DNA of 64,000 nucleotides, taken from Candidatus Kapaibacterium sp. (GTDB taxonomy: Bacteria; Bacteroidota; Ignavibacteria; Kapaibacteriales; Kapaibacteriaceae). The position numbers and the translations under genes are program-made. Shown here piece after piece: positions 18,838 through 26,974 of this stretch (its first letter is position 1; every line of letters starts with the position of its first letter). Below the pieces are notes generated by a model. It made no database searches. It saw only the letters and a list, made by a program, of their open reading frames with translations, and was not told the DNA's origin. Location: NCBI GenBank assembly GCA_018883125.1, contig VEQR01000003.1, forward strand, positions 178 through 64,177, in the 5' to 3' direction.

Positions 18838-18865
18838 GTCCTGTGAGACTCGTACTTTTGCGTCC

Positions 18866-20011
18866 ATGACCATTCTTGAATTCATTGGCCGGCTTGAGTT
18901 TGTGCTACGTCCGGTGATCTCCTTTGTTCCGCCGTCGATTGGAGTGCGGGCATTTACGGCTGGACGCAACGTATATCTGCCTCGCTTTGCGCACGACGTG
19001 CCATCGAGATCCTTTGAGCCCCCTGAAGAGCTTGGAGTCACGGCATGGGGCCTGCGGTTTCGGATGCCGATCTGGAATGCGGCGGGAATGTTCAAGAGCG
19101 GGGCAGGATATGACATGGTTGCTCGCGAAGGCGCGGGGGCATTTGTTGCGGGTACTACCACGTCGCGTCCTCGACGAGGGAATGTTGTTCACGGTATCAT
19201 GTGGCCGTCCACCCAGTATCCGTTCTCGCATTCTGCCTCAAATTGGATGGGGCTTCCTAATGCGGGTCACGTAGACGTTGCCGCAAAGCTTGCAACGGTG
19301 AAGCACGTTGCGGGTTGCCCGATGGGTATCAGCGTGAGTGCTGAGCCCGGACTCGACGAGAAGGTTGCTCTACCGGAGCTTGTTGAGGGGATGTGCCGCT
19401 ATGACGATGCTGGTGTGGACTACATCGAGCTGAACGAAAGCTGTCCCAATGTTCCGGGCCATGAGCGCCATGACGATCTTGATCCCGGTCTACTGCGTCG
19501 GCTTGATGCCGTAGCCGGTGAGTTCCTCCAACGGCGCGGTCGGCGCCTGCCTGTTGTTGTGAAGCTCTCCACCGACACAGCACTCGATCAGATCCCGGCA
19601 CTTGTTGGCGCGCTTGTGGAAAGGGGCTTTGACGGGATGATCCTCGGTAACACATCCATACGCTACGCGGAACTGCGTCCGCACGTGCACGCGAAAGACT
19701 TGGCGATGTTCGATCACTTCACAACTCGGTATGGTGGGGGCGTTAGCGGCGCTTTGCTGACGTCGTCATCTCTGGCATCGTGTACCGCAGCTATGCAGGC
19801 GGTTGGCAGGCTTGCCCCTTCTCAGGAGTTTCATGTGATCCGTTGCGGTGGCGTTATGACGGAGCATGACGTCGAAGAGTCACGGCGTATCGGTGTGCTT
19901 CTCAATCAATGGTATGTGGGCTACTTCGAAACGTTTGCCCAACATGGTCACGATGTTTATCGCGTACTGTCGGAGCGCATGCGATTGAGCTCCGCCGATA
20001 CGCTGTCGTAA
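18866..20011 (+). CDS. pyrD: Dihydroorotate dehydrogenase-like flavoprotein (quinone-type PyrD family)
   Basis: GLRFRMPIWNAAGMFKSG, GTTTSRPRRGN, NWMGLPNAG, YIELNESCPNV, VVVKLSTD, ILGNTS, GGVSGALL and IRCGGV follow the order of DHODH class 2 motifs. Confidence 0.6.
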   Translation: MTILEFIGRLEFVLRPVISFVPPSIGVRAFTAGRNVYLPRFAHDVPSRSFEPPEELGVTAWGLRFRMPIWNAAGMFKSGAGYDMVAREGAGAFVAGTTTSRPRRGNVVHGIMWPSTQYPFSHSASNWMGLPNAGHVDVAAKLATVKHVAGCPMGISVSAEPGLDEKVALPELVEGMCRYDDAGVDYIELNESCPNVPGHERHDDLDPGLLRRLDAVAGEFLQRRGRRLPVVVKLSTDTALDQIPALVGALVERGFDGMILGNTSIRYAELRPHVHAKDLAMFDHFTTRYGGGVSGALLTSSSLASCTAAMQAVGRLAPSQEFHVIRCGGVMTEHDVEESRRIGVLLNQWYVGYFETFAQHGHDVYRVLSERMRLSSADTLS

Positions 20012-20289
20012 AACTGACGCAGTTGCGTGGCCGAGTTGCCATGCGAACGAAGCGCTTCGGAAAAGCTCTCTTGAGTGAACCCCGATGAGCGGACGATAGA
20101 GTCGATGTGTTTGGCCGTAACGGCAGAATCAAGACCCGACTCACGCTCAATGATCACGCGTGCATACGTTGAGACAAGCTTTTGCTCGTCTGTGCCGTTT
20201 GCCCCGCACGATGTGAGAAGACCTATGGCTACAAGACATGCAATGGCACTGCTGATGTGGTTTGTCACGGAATCTCTCATGGAATTCAT
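19957..20289 (-). CDS. Hypothetical lipoprotein
   Basis: It has a lipobox-like signal (AIACLVAIGLLTSCG). No family was recognised. Its 3' end overlaps the convergent pyrD-like gene by about 55 nt. Confidence 0.4.
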   Translation of the reverse strand: MNSMRDSVTNHISSAIACLVAIGLLTSCGANGTDEQKLVSTYARVIIERESGLDSAVTAKHIDSIVRSSGFTQESFSEALRSHGNSATQLRQFYDSVSAELNRMRSDSTR

Positions 20290-20924
20290 GCCATCTCCAT
20301 TTCATACTCACGCAGGATAATCGACAGTTCCTGCAGCATCATGGCCGTGGCTCCCCAGAGAGGGATGGACGGATGGACCTGCCAATGCGGAACGTCAACT
20401 GGGAGCCCCTTGATTATGTCGCTTCGCCATTGAATCGTTGACGGATCAAGAAACGTCGATACCGGCTCGATAAGAACTTCGGCAACCTCGTGTGTGCTCA
20501 GCGTCCAGGAGCTAGGTGGTTGAATCATTGCCACCACGGGGGTCACGGCACTCTGCGATGGAGGAATGTAGAGCTCCGTTAGCTGTCCAAGCACGCGCAC
20601 ACGATCTGCTGCAAGGCCTATCTCCTCGTGTGCTTCCCGCAGGGCCGCATCAGTGGCGCTCTCGCCCTCGTCGCAACGTCCACCGGGGAAAGAGATTTGT
20701 CCGCGATGATTTCGCAAACCTTCGCTACGAACCGTCAGCACCACGTGCAATGCACCATCGACGGTAGTAAACAACGGGATGAGTACGGCGCTCTTGCGTG
20801 CATCCTCCGGCGGTGGCATCAGCCGAGAACGTCGGTCCGGGATCTCCGGTACAAATGCCTCATGAGCAGTGATCCCGGGTAGGGGGCGCTGCAGCCGCTG
20901 AATGATCCATTGTTCGAAATGCAT
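20286..20924 (-). CDS. NUDIX hydrolase (CoA pyrophosphatase-like)
   Basis: The Nudix box is GQISFPGGRCDEGESATDAALREAHEEIGL. I prefer the ATG at 20924 (MHFEQW) because the track start at 20975 would overlap the divergent murE ATG. Confidence 0.75.
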   Translation of the reverse strand: MHFEQWIIQRLQRPLPGITAHEAFVPEIPDRRSRLMPPPEDARKSAVLIPLFTTVDGALHVVLTVRSEGLRNHRGQISFPGGRCDEGESATDAALREAHEEIGLAADRVRVLGQLTELYIPPSQSAVTPVVAMIQPPSSWTLSTHEVAEVLIEPVSTFLDPSTIQWRSDIIKGLPVDVPHWQVHPSIPLWGATAMMLQELSIILREYEMEMA

Positions 20925-20973
20925 GGTGCAAATCTCGCGACTTTCCCGTTGGTGTGGGACGTAATTTGCGCGC

Positions 20974-22494
20974 ATGGTTAAGCTGTCTGCAGTGCTCTCG
21001 GCACTTTCTCAGCGCATCTCCATGCAGATGCATCAAGAGCCCGATACCGTGGCGATACATGACGTCACAACGGATTCGCGCCTCGTCACACCGGGGACGA
21101 TCTTCGTTGCGATCGCGGGTACGAACTTCGACGGACACAACGCTGTGAGCGATGCCATCGCTCGGGGCGCTGCGGCAGTCGTGGTGGAGCGGGAACCAGA
21201 GAGCCCCCTAAGCATTCCGTCGATCACCGTTAAGGATTCCCGGAAGGCCTTCGCCGAGATCGTTGACCACGTGTTTGATCACCCCAGCCGTCCACTTCGG
21301 ATGTTTGGGGTGACCGGAACCAATGGCAAGACTACCTGCGCCACCCTCCTTGAGCAGATGTTTACGCTGGAAGGTCAGCGAGTCGGTTTCATCGGCACCA
21401 CCGGCAACCGGTATGGTGGACGCGAATACACCACGGAGTATTCCACGCCTCACGCACGCCAACTTGCCGAGCTGTTTCTTGCCATGCGCAGCGAATCAGT
21501 GGACACCGTCTGCATGGAGGTTAGCTCCCATGCCCTTTCGCAGCATCGTGTTCTGGGCATCGATTACCGAGGTGCGATCTTCACGAATCTTACTCGGGAT
21601 CATCTCGATTACCATGGCACCATGCAGGAGTATGCACGGTGCAAGAAGCTCCTCTTCGACGGACTCTCTGAGTCGGCCTCTGCTGTGCTCTGGGGCGACT
21701 CCGAATGGACGCCGTACATGAAGCGCGGATGTGTGGCTCGAAACGTTATCACCGTTGGGAAAGGGGCTGATAATCACGTCCGTGTGACGGATGTTCAGCT
21801 CTCGCTCACGGGTACCACGTTCACCCTGCAGCGCATGAGAGCCGATGCGGTGCTCGTGCCCGAGCAATGCACGATCGCTACCCGTCTTCTTGGCGAGTTC
21901 AATGTTGCCAATGCCGCGCTCGTTGCCGTTCTCTGCTTGCTTGATGGTATGTCTGCAGACCATGTTGTTGCACACATGGCGCAGGTGAGCGGTCCTAAAG
22001 GGCGCATGGAGGTTGTCAATATCCCCCACGGTCCAACGGCCATCGTGGATTACGCACACACTCCTGATGCCCTGGAGAGCGTTCTCGGCGTACTGCGCGG
22101 TCTGCATGTTTCCGCCGGATCTGCAGGCAAGATCCACGTCGTCTTCGGCTGCGGGGGCGATAGAGATAGGGGTAAGCGATCGGAAATGGGGCGGATTGCC
22201 TCGGAAATGGCCGACCACGTCTACGTTACCAGCGACAATCCTCGAACAGAATCACCGGCGGACATCATCGCTCACATCATGGGCGGCATCGACGGTCCGC
22301 ACCGCCCGCGCGTCACCGTCATCGAAGACCGACGTCAAGCCATTCATGCCGCACTCAATGCGGCTTCTCACGGCGATGTTGTGCTGGTCGCTGGTAAGGG
22401 GCACGAAGAAAATCAGATCATCGGCACTGAACGCCTGCCGTTTAGCGATATGGCAGAGGTTAGGAAGAGAATTACTGAATTACTGAATTACTGA
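20974..22494 (+). CDS. murE: UDP-N-acetylmuramoyl-L-alanyl-D-glutamate--2,6-diaminopimelate ligase
   Basis: VTTDSRLVTPGTIFVAIAG, GVTGTNGKTT, DYAHTPDAL and LVAGKGHE are Mur ligase / MurE motifs. The last 7 codons plus the stop (ITELLNY*) are encoded by the 8-mer array. Confidence 0.92.
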   Translation: MVKLSAVLSALSQRISMQMHQEPDTVAIHDVTTDSRLVTPGTIFVAIAGTNFDGHNAVSDAIARGAAAVVVEREPESPLSIPSITVKDSRKAFAEIVDHVFDHPSRPLRMFGVTGTNGKTTCATLLEQMFTLEGQRVGFIGTTGNRYGGREYTTEYSTPHARQLAELFLAMRSESVDTVCMEVSSHALSQHRVLGIDYRGAIFTNLTRDHLDYHGTMQEYARCKKLLFDGLSESASAVLWGDSEWTPYMKRGCVARNVITVGKGADNHVRVTDVQLSLTGTTFTLQRMRADAVLVPEQCTIATRLLGEFNVANAALVAVLCLLDGMSADHVVAHMAQVSGPKGRMEVVNIPHGPTAIVDYAHTPDALESVLGVLRGLHVSAGSAGKIHVVFGCGGDRDRGKRSEMGRIASEMADHVYVTSDNPRTESPADIIAHIMGGIDGPHRPRVTVIEDRRQAIHAALNAASHGDVVLVAGKGHEENQIIGTERLPFSDMAEVRKRITELLNY

Positions 22495-22621
22495 AGTACT
22501 GAATTACTGAAGTACTGAAGTACTGAAGTACTGAATTACTGAAGTACTGAAGTACAGAATTACTGAGGTACTGAATTACTGAAGTACAGAGGTACTGAAG
22601 TACAGAGGTACTGAATTACTG
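22471..22621. repeat. 8-mer tandem array, 19 units (ATTACTGA, AGTACTGA, AGTACAGA, GGTACTGA); left arm of an inverted pair
   Basis: Direct reading gives the unit order A A A B A B B B A B C A D A C D C D A. It begins inside the last codons of murE. Confidence 0.97.
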
Positions 22622-22629
22622 ACACAGAA

Positions 22630-22671
22630 AAACCGCAAGACGTGGGACAAACTCTCCACACCTTGCGGTTT
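22630..22671. terminator. Putative bidirectional intrinsic terminator hairpin (AAACCGCAAG ... CTTGCGGTTT)
   Basis: It has a 10-bp perfect stem (22630-22639 / 22662-22671) and a 22-nt loop. It is followed by a T-containing tract on the + strand (GATGGTCTTTATTTGTT) and by TTTTTCTGTGT on the - strand. It lies between the convergent genes murE and rpsU. Confidence 0.55.
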
Positions 22672-22734
22672 GATGGTCTTTATTTGTTCCCAAGACGGCC
22701 AAGCTAGCTGTCTTGGTTGATGAAACAAGTGGCG

Positions 22735-22860
22735 AAGTACTTCAGTAATTTAGTACTTCAGTACTTCAGTACTTCAGTAATTCAGTACTTCAGTAATTCA
22801 GTAATTCAGTAATTCAGTACTTCAGTAATTCAGTACTTCAGTAATTCAGTACTTCAGTAC
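22735..22860. repeat. 8-mer tandem array TCAGTAAT / TCAGTACT, about 16 units; right arm, the reverse complement of the 22471-22621 units
   Basis: Direct reading shows it abuts the rpsU stop codon (22861-22863). Confidence 0.97.
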
Positions 22861-23055
22861 TTATTCTTGTTCCATTTGTGCGCGGTGCTGACGACGCGCA
22901 GCCTTGAGACGAGACATGCGACGCTCGACGCTTGGCTTCACAAAGAAAGCGCGCTTCTTGAATTCGCGGAGAACGCCGGAGCGCTCATATTTCTTCTTGA
23001 AACGGCGAAGGGCACGGTCAATCGACTCATTGCTTTGTACGGTGACTCCGATCAC
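22861..23055 (-). CDS. rpsU: 30S ribosomal protein S21
   Basis: VTVQSNESIDRALRRFKKKYERSGVLREFKKRAFFVKPSVERR is canonical bS21. It has a GTG start. Confidence 0.92.
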   Translation of the reverse strand: MIGVTVQSNESIDRALRRFKKKYERSGVLREFKKRAFFVKPSVERRMSRLKAARRQHRAQMEQE

Positions 23056-23079
23056 GGGATGTCCTCTGGCTTGAAATGA

Positions 23080-23580
23080 TTATTTGAAATTTTCGACGAG
23101 ACGTTTTTCCTTGTTCTTCTCAAAGTGCACCAGCACCGCGCCGCGGCCGTTGGACATCACTTCTTTGGCACGGACGATGCCGACATCATCCCACAGCTTG
23201 TGATAGATCACATCGCCGACCTTGTACACGTTCTTCGGGGAGTACTCTTTCGAGTCTTCACGTGCGAGCTTGATCTCGGTAACCTTCTTCTCAGCGCTGT
23301 TAGCGAGAGTGTCGAGGTTGACCATCTGCATGTGGCGGCTGACCGTGCAGCGTGCCCATTGCATACGTCCCGCATCGGTCTCTGTTGGCTCGCCCATCAG
23401 CTCGTGCTTGGTATCCTTCATGAGGAATGGGGAGTACAGCACCATGTACTTGGCTTTACGCTTCGTCTTCTTTGGTGCGGCAACTCCGTCAAGCTCGGCG
23501 TCTTCGGCTTCCGCCTTCTTTGACTTCGAGGTCTTGGCTGTCTTGGTTGTAGCGGCCTTTGAGGCTTTCGCTGCAGGCAT
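23080..23580 (-). CDS. Hypothetical protein with a Lys/Ala-rich N-terminal tail
   Basis: The N-terminus MPAAKASKAATTKTAKTSKSKKAEAEDAE...KKTKRKAK is histone-H1-like low complexity. The C-terminal small domain reads YKVGDVIYHKLWDDVGIVRAKE. The ATG is at 23580; the track uses a TTG at 23592. Confidence 0.5.
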   Translation of the reverse strand: MPAAKASKAATTKTAKTSKSKKAEAEDAELDGVAAPKKTKRKAKYMVLYSPFLMKDTKHELMGEPTETDAGRMQWARCTVSRHMQMVNLDTLANSAEKKVTEIKLAREDSKEYSPKNVYKVGDVIYHKLWDDVGIVRAKEVMSNGRGAVLVHFEKNKEKRLVENFK

Positions 23581-23663
23581 AAATCGGTCCAAACTATTTC
23601 AGGGGGCCTGCAAGATACGAAGAAAACGTCCGTTTCCGACCTAACCGACCCAAAATCAGCCCC

Positions 23664-24737
23664 TTAGCGAGCTTTTGCGAGTTTTGCCTTGAGCGACTGG
23701 ATCACCGGAACGGGGGTTGGATCCACATTGTTCAGCACGGCAAGGTGCCAGCTGACCCAGTCTCCGAGGTAGATCTGGGCGAACATGCGGCCAAGAAGGG
23801 TGGCTCCCTTCGGTTCGGGGCTGATGATCTCCGCCACGTTTGCCTTGATGATGTCCTTGAGGGCATCAAAGCGGATCTGCACGCGTCGGTTGTCATCGGG
23901 ATCGCGCAGCATGATGACCGAAAAATTCTTCGTTTTGCCCTTGGGGTACTCCCAGCCGTTGATCTCATTGTGGTTCATCTCGGGAAGCAGGTTCCCGAAG
24001 GCCAGCTGCTTGGCATTTTCCTGGATCTGACCCCTCCAGCGCAGGTTCACCACGTCCATCCGCTCGTTAGCAGAATAAATCACCGGTACAGATCCATGGA
24101 GCTTCTTTGCGATCTGCAAAGCGGGATTCTTGGCCGTGGAAGAGGAATAGAGGTCGCGGACTTCATCCGTGTGAGCCAGGATCTCCCGAATTCCCTTGGC
24201 ATTCATGCGTCCGGCGCGGGTATCCATAGCCCCATATCGCTGCATGATCGTTAGCAGCGGGAAAAACGAGTAGGCGATGGCGCATCGGGGCTGGTAGCCC
24301 GGTGGGATGTTGATGATGGGGAATCCGTAGGTGATGGCCCGCTTGCCAAGTTGTCCACCGGTAGTGATACAGACCACTCTCATGGTCTTTTTCCGGACAT
24401 CATCAAAGGCGGTCAGGGTCTCTTCCGTCTCGCCGGAGTAGCTTGAGCAGACCACATTGGTGTCACTGTCCATCCAATTTGGGACGCTATATCCACGGTG
24501 GACGGAGATGTTAAGGTGGTCTGCACCGGCGGTGGATGAAGCATAACTGCGGAGGAGGTCCGCACCGATGGCAGATCCTCCTAAGCCGAAGAAAGCATAG
24601 CGGTTAGACGTAGATTGCTGGCGCCACAAAGGTGCGTTTTCACCGATGCTGACAGCTTCTTTTACCTGCTCCGGAAATCGATACAGGGTATCGAACATTT
24701 TTGAGGCGTCGAGTGACGCGGCCGGATTTTTGGGCAT
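23664..24737 (-). CDS. Bifunctional phosphoglucose/phosphomannose isomerase-like SIS-domain protein
   Basis: MFDTLYRFPEQVKEA, GLGGSAIGADLL, SYSGETEETL and ITTGG are PGI/PMI-type SIS motifs. The ATG is at 24737. Confidence 0.65.
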   Translation of the reverse strand: MPKNPAASLDASKMFDTLYRFPEQVKEAVSIGENAPLWRQQSTSNRYAFFGLGGSAIGADLLRSYASSTAGADHLNISVHRGYSVPNWMDSDTNVVCSSYSGETEETLTAFDDVRKKTMRVVCITTGGQLGKRAITYGFPIINIPPGYQPRCAIAYSFFPLLTIMQRYGAMDTRAGRMNAKGIREILAHTDEVRDLYSSSTAKNPALQIAKKLHGSVPVIYSANERMDVVNLRWRGQIQENAKQLAFGNLLPEMNHNEINGWEYPKGKTKNFSVIMLRDPDDNRRVQIRFDALKDIIKANVAEIISPEPKGATLLGRMFAQIYLGDWVSWHLAVLNNVDPTPVPVIQSLKAKLAKAR

Positions 24738-24811
24738 GGTGGCCCCTTTCGTGCATGAGCAATGGCGGCGATAATAGAAAGTGTTACGATCGTTTCCAAA
24801 CGAAAACGAAA

Positions 24812-25579
24812 TCACTCCTCTCCTTTTGGGTTCCGAAGTTCCACAGGAGGGGCATTCTGCTTCTGCCGAAATCGCATATTGAGGAACTCTACACTGATGG
24901 AGAAGAGCATAGCCGTGTAGACGTATCCCTTCGGAATGTGCACGCCAACCCCCTCGAGCATCAGCACGAATCCGACCATCATCAGGAAGGCCAAGGCCAG
25001 GATCTTCACCGTCGGATGACGATGAATGAAGGATGAGATTCTGCCGGCACTCAATTGCATGACGATGACGGCGATCACGACGGCGATGGCCATGATGAGA
25101 AAGTTCTGCGACAATCCGATGGCGGTAATGACGGAATCGATGGAAAAGACGATGTCCAGAACCACGATCTGCAGCACGATTCCGGCGAAGGCACTCCGCT
25201 TGCCCCCTTGTTCCTCATGCGCCGAGCCCTCGAGCTTGGCGTGGATCTCGCTGGTGGACTTGGCAAGCAGAAACAGGCCCCCACTGAGCATGATCAGGTC
25301 GCGCCCGCTCACCCCCCACGGCGCGGTCATCGCAAGCATCTGTGGGATATGAAACAGCGGCGAGGTCAGCTGGGCAATCCAGACGGCCCCCATCAGAAAG
25401 AATAGCCGTAGAACCAGCGCCAGGGTGAGTCCGATGGTGCGTGCACGCTGCTGATCGCTGGCATCGAGCCGTCCAACAAGGATGGAGATGAAGATGATAT
25501 TGTCGATCCCAAGTACGATCTCCAGCACGGTGAGCGTAAGGAGGGAGACAATGCTGTCGGTAGTGAGGAGTGTTTCCAT
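24812..25579 (-). CDS. TerC family integral membrane protein
   Basis: LLTLTVLEIVLGIDNIIFISI and VLDIVFSIDSVITAIG are the paired TerC motifs, and there are multiple TM segments. The ATG is at 25579. Confidence 0.85.
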   Translation of the reverse strand: METLLTTDSIVSLLTLTVLEIVLGIDNIIFISILVGRLDASDQQRARTIGLTLALVLRLFFLMGAVWIAQLTSPLFHIPQMLAMTAPWGVSGRDLIMLSGGLFLLAKSTSEIHAKLEGSAHEEQGGKRSAFAGIVLQIVVLDIVFSIDSVITAIGLSQNFLIMAIAVVIAVIVMQLSAGRISSFIHRHPTVKILALAFLMMVGFVLMLEGVGVHIPKGYVYTAMLFSISVEFLNMRFRQKQNAPPVELRNPKGEE

Positions 25580-25603
25580 GGATGCAAAACTAAATTTGTT
25601 CCT

Positions 25604-26974
25604 ATGACCTTCATCAGTTTCGATCCTTCGACCGAAAAGATCGTCGCAGAGTTTCCCGAGCATGCGCCCAACGACGTTGAGAAAATCATAGCGTCGGCGG
25701 CCGCTGCGCAGCACGAGTGGTCAAAGACCAGTATTGCCCACCGGGCCGCTGTTGTGGTGAGTCTTGCCAAGGTACTTGATGATCACCGGGACATGGCTGC
25801 ACGGCAGATTACGCTGGAAATGGGCAAGCCCCTCCCCCAGGCACGCGCCGAGGTTGAAAAATGCGCCGGTGTATGCCGGTACATGGCCACGATTGCTCCG
25901 TCGGTTCTGGCCGATGAAATCGTCAATGCCGGTTTTCGAGAAAGTCGCGTTCGTGCTGAGCCCCTTGGACTGATCTTGTCGATTATGCCATGGAACTTTC
26001 CGATGTGGCAGTTCTTTCGGTTTGCCGCACCGGCACTGATCGCCGGAAACGGTGTTCTTCTCAAACATGCTCCCTCAACGATGGGGTGCGCGCTGATGGC
26101 CGTGGATCTCTGCCGAAAGGCAGGCATTCCCGACGGACTTGTCTCGGCCTTGCTCATCAATGTGCCGCAGGTTGAGTCGGTGATCGCCCATCCACTGGTG
26201 TCTGCAGTCACCTTTACGGGGTCGACAAAGGGCGGAAGCTCCGTGGCCGAACTGGCAGGACGCTACATTAAGCGCACGGTATTGGAGCTGGGAGGGAGCG
26301 ATGCCTACGTGGTGCTTGACGATGCGGATTTGGACGTGGCGGTGAATGCCTGCGTTACCGGAAGGCTCCTCAACGCCGGACAGTCGTGTATCGGCGCTAA
26401 GCGATACCTTGTGCACTCTTCGATTCACGATGAATTCGTGGAGCGAACATCACATCGATTCGATGCTGCCATTGTCGGGCCTCCTATGGAAGCCTCCACC
26501 GAGGTTGGCCCCCTTGCCCGTGCTGATCTGCGCCAGACCCTCCTGGATCAGGTCAGCCGTTCCCTTACGAAGGGGGCTCGCGTCGCAACGCACCGAACGC
26601 ACAGTGATGTTCCGTCAACAGGCTGGTATGTTCCGCCGATGCTGCTGGTGAACGTCGATTCGACGAATCCGGCCTTTCGCGAAGAACTCTTCGGACCGGT
26701 AGCAACGGTCACTCGTTTCGACACTGACGCCGAGGCAGTGCGCCTTGCCAATGACTCCGTCTTTGGGCTTGGAGCAGCAGTCTTTTCTGCGGATCACAAT
26801 CGGGCAACAGCAATCGCTGAACAGTTGCACGTTGGCACCGTGTTCATTAACGAGTTTGTCCGCAGTCATTCAGCACTGCCATTCGGCGGTGTGAAACAAT
26901 CGGGCTACGGTCGTGAGCTTGGCCGCTGGGGAATGCTGGAATTCGTCAACGTAAAGAATATTACGACTGGCTGA
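25604..26974 (+). CDS. NAD(P)-dependent aldehyde dehydrogenase (succinate-semialdehyde dehydrogenase-like)
   Basis: The ALDH motifs are FTGSTKGG, LELGGSDA, the catalytic-Cys region NAGQSCIGAKR, and EELFGPV. Confidence 0.8.
   Translation: MTFISFDPSTEKIVAEFPEHAPNDVEKIIASAAAAQHEWSKTSIAHRAAVVVSLAKVLDDHRDMAARQITLEMGKPLPQARAEVEKCAGVCRYMATIAPSVLADEIVNAGFRESRVRAEPLGLILSIMPWNFPMWQFFRFAAPALIAGNGVLLKHAPSTMGCALMAVDLCRKAGIPDGLVSALLINVPQVESVIAHPLVSAVTFTGSTKGGSSVAELAGRYIKRTVLELGGSDAYVVLDDADLDVAVNACVTGRLLNAGQSCIGAKRYLVHSSIHDEFVERTSHRFDAAIVGPPMEASTEVGPLARADLRQTLLDQVSRSLTKGARVATHRTHSDVPSTGWYVPPMLLVNVDSTNPAFREELFGPVATVTRFDTDAEAVRLANDSVFGLGAAVFSADHNRATAIAEQLHVGTVFINEFVRSHSALPFGGVKQSGYGRELGRWGMLEFVNVKNITTG

Noticed and set aside
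18556-18869. ORFs encoding (SVISHQS)n.
   Set aside because: These are translations of tandem arrays: a 7-mer x3 gives a 7-aa periodic peptide, and 8-mer x3 gives an 8-aa one. There is no start context and no non-repeat domain. The same explanation applies to the repeat-derived ORFs at 12585..12869 ((GTEVRRD)n-like) and at 3767..3955, 57111..57647 and 63174..63719 (SLVS/ERRD-like).
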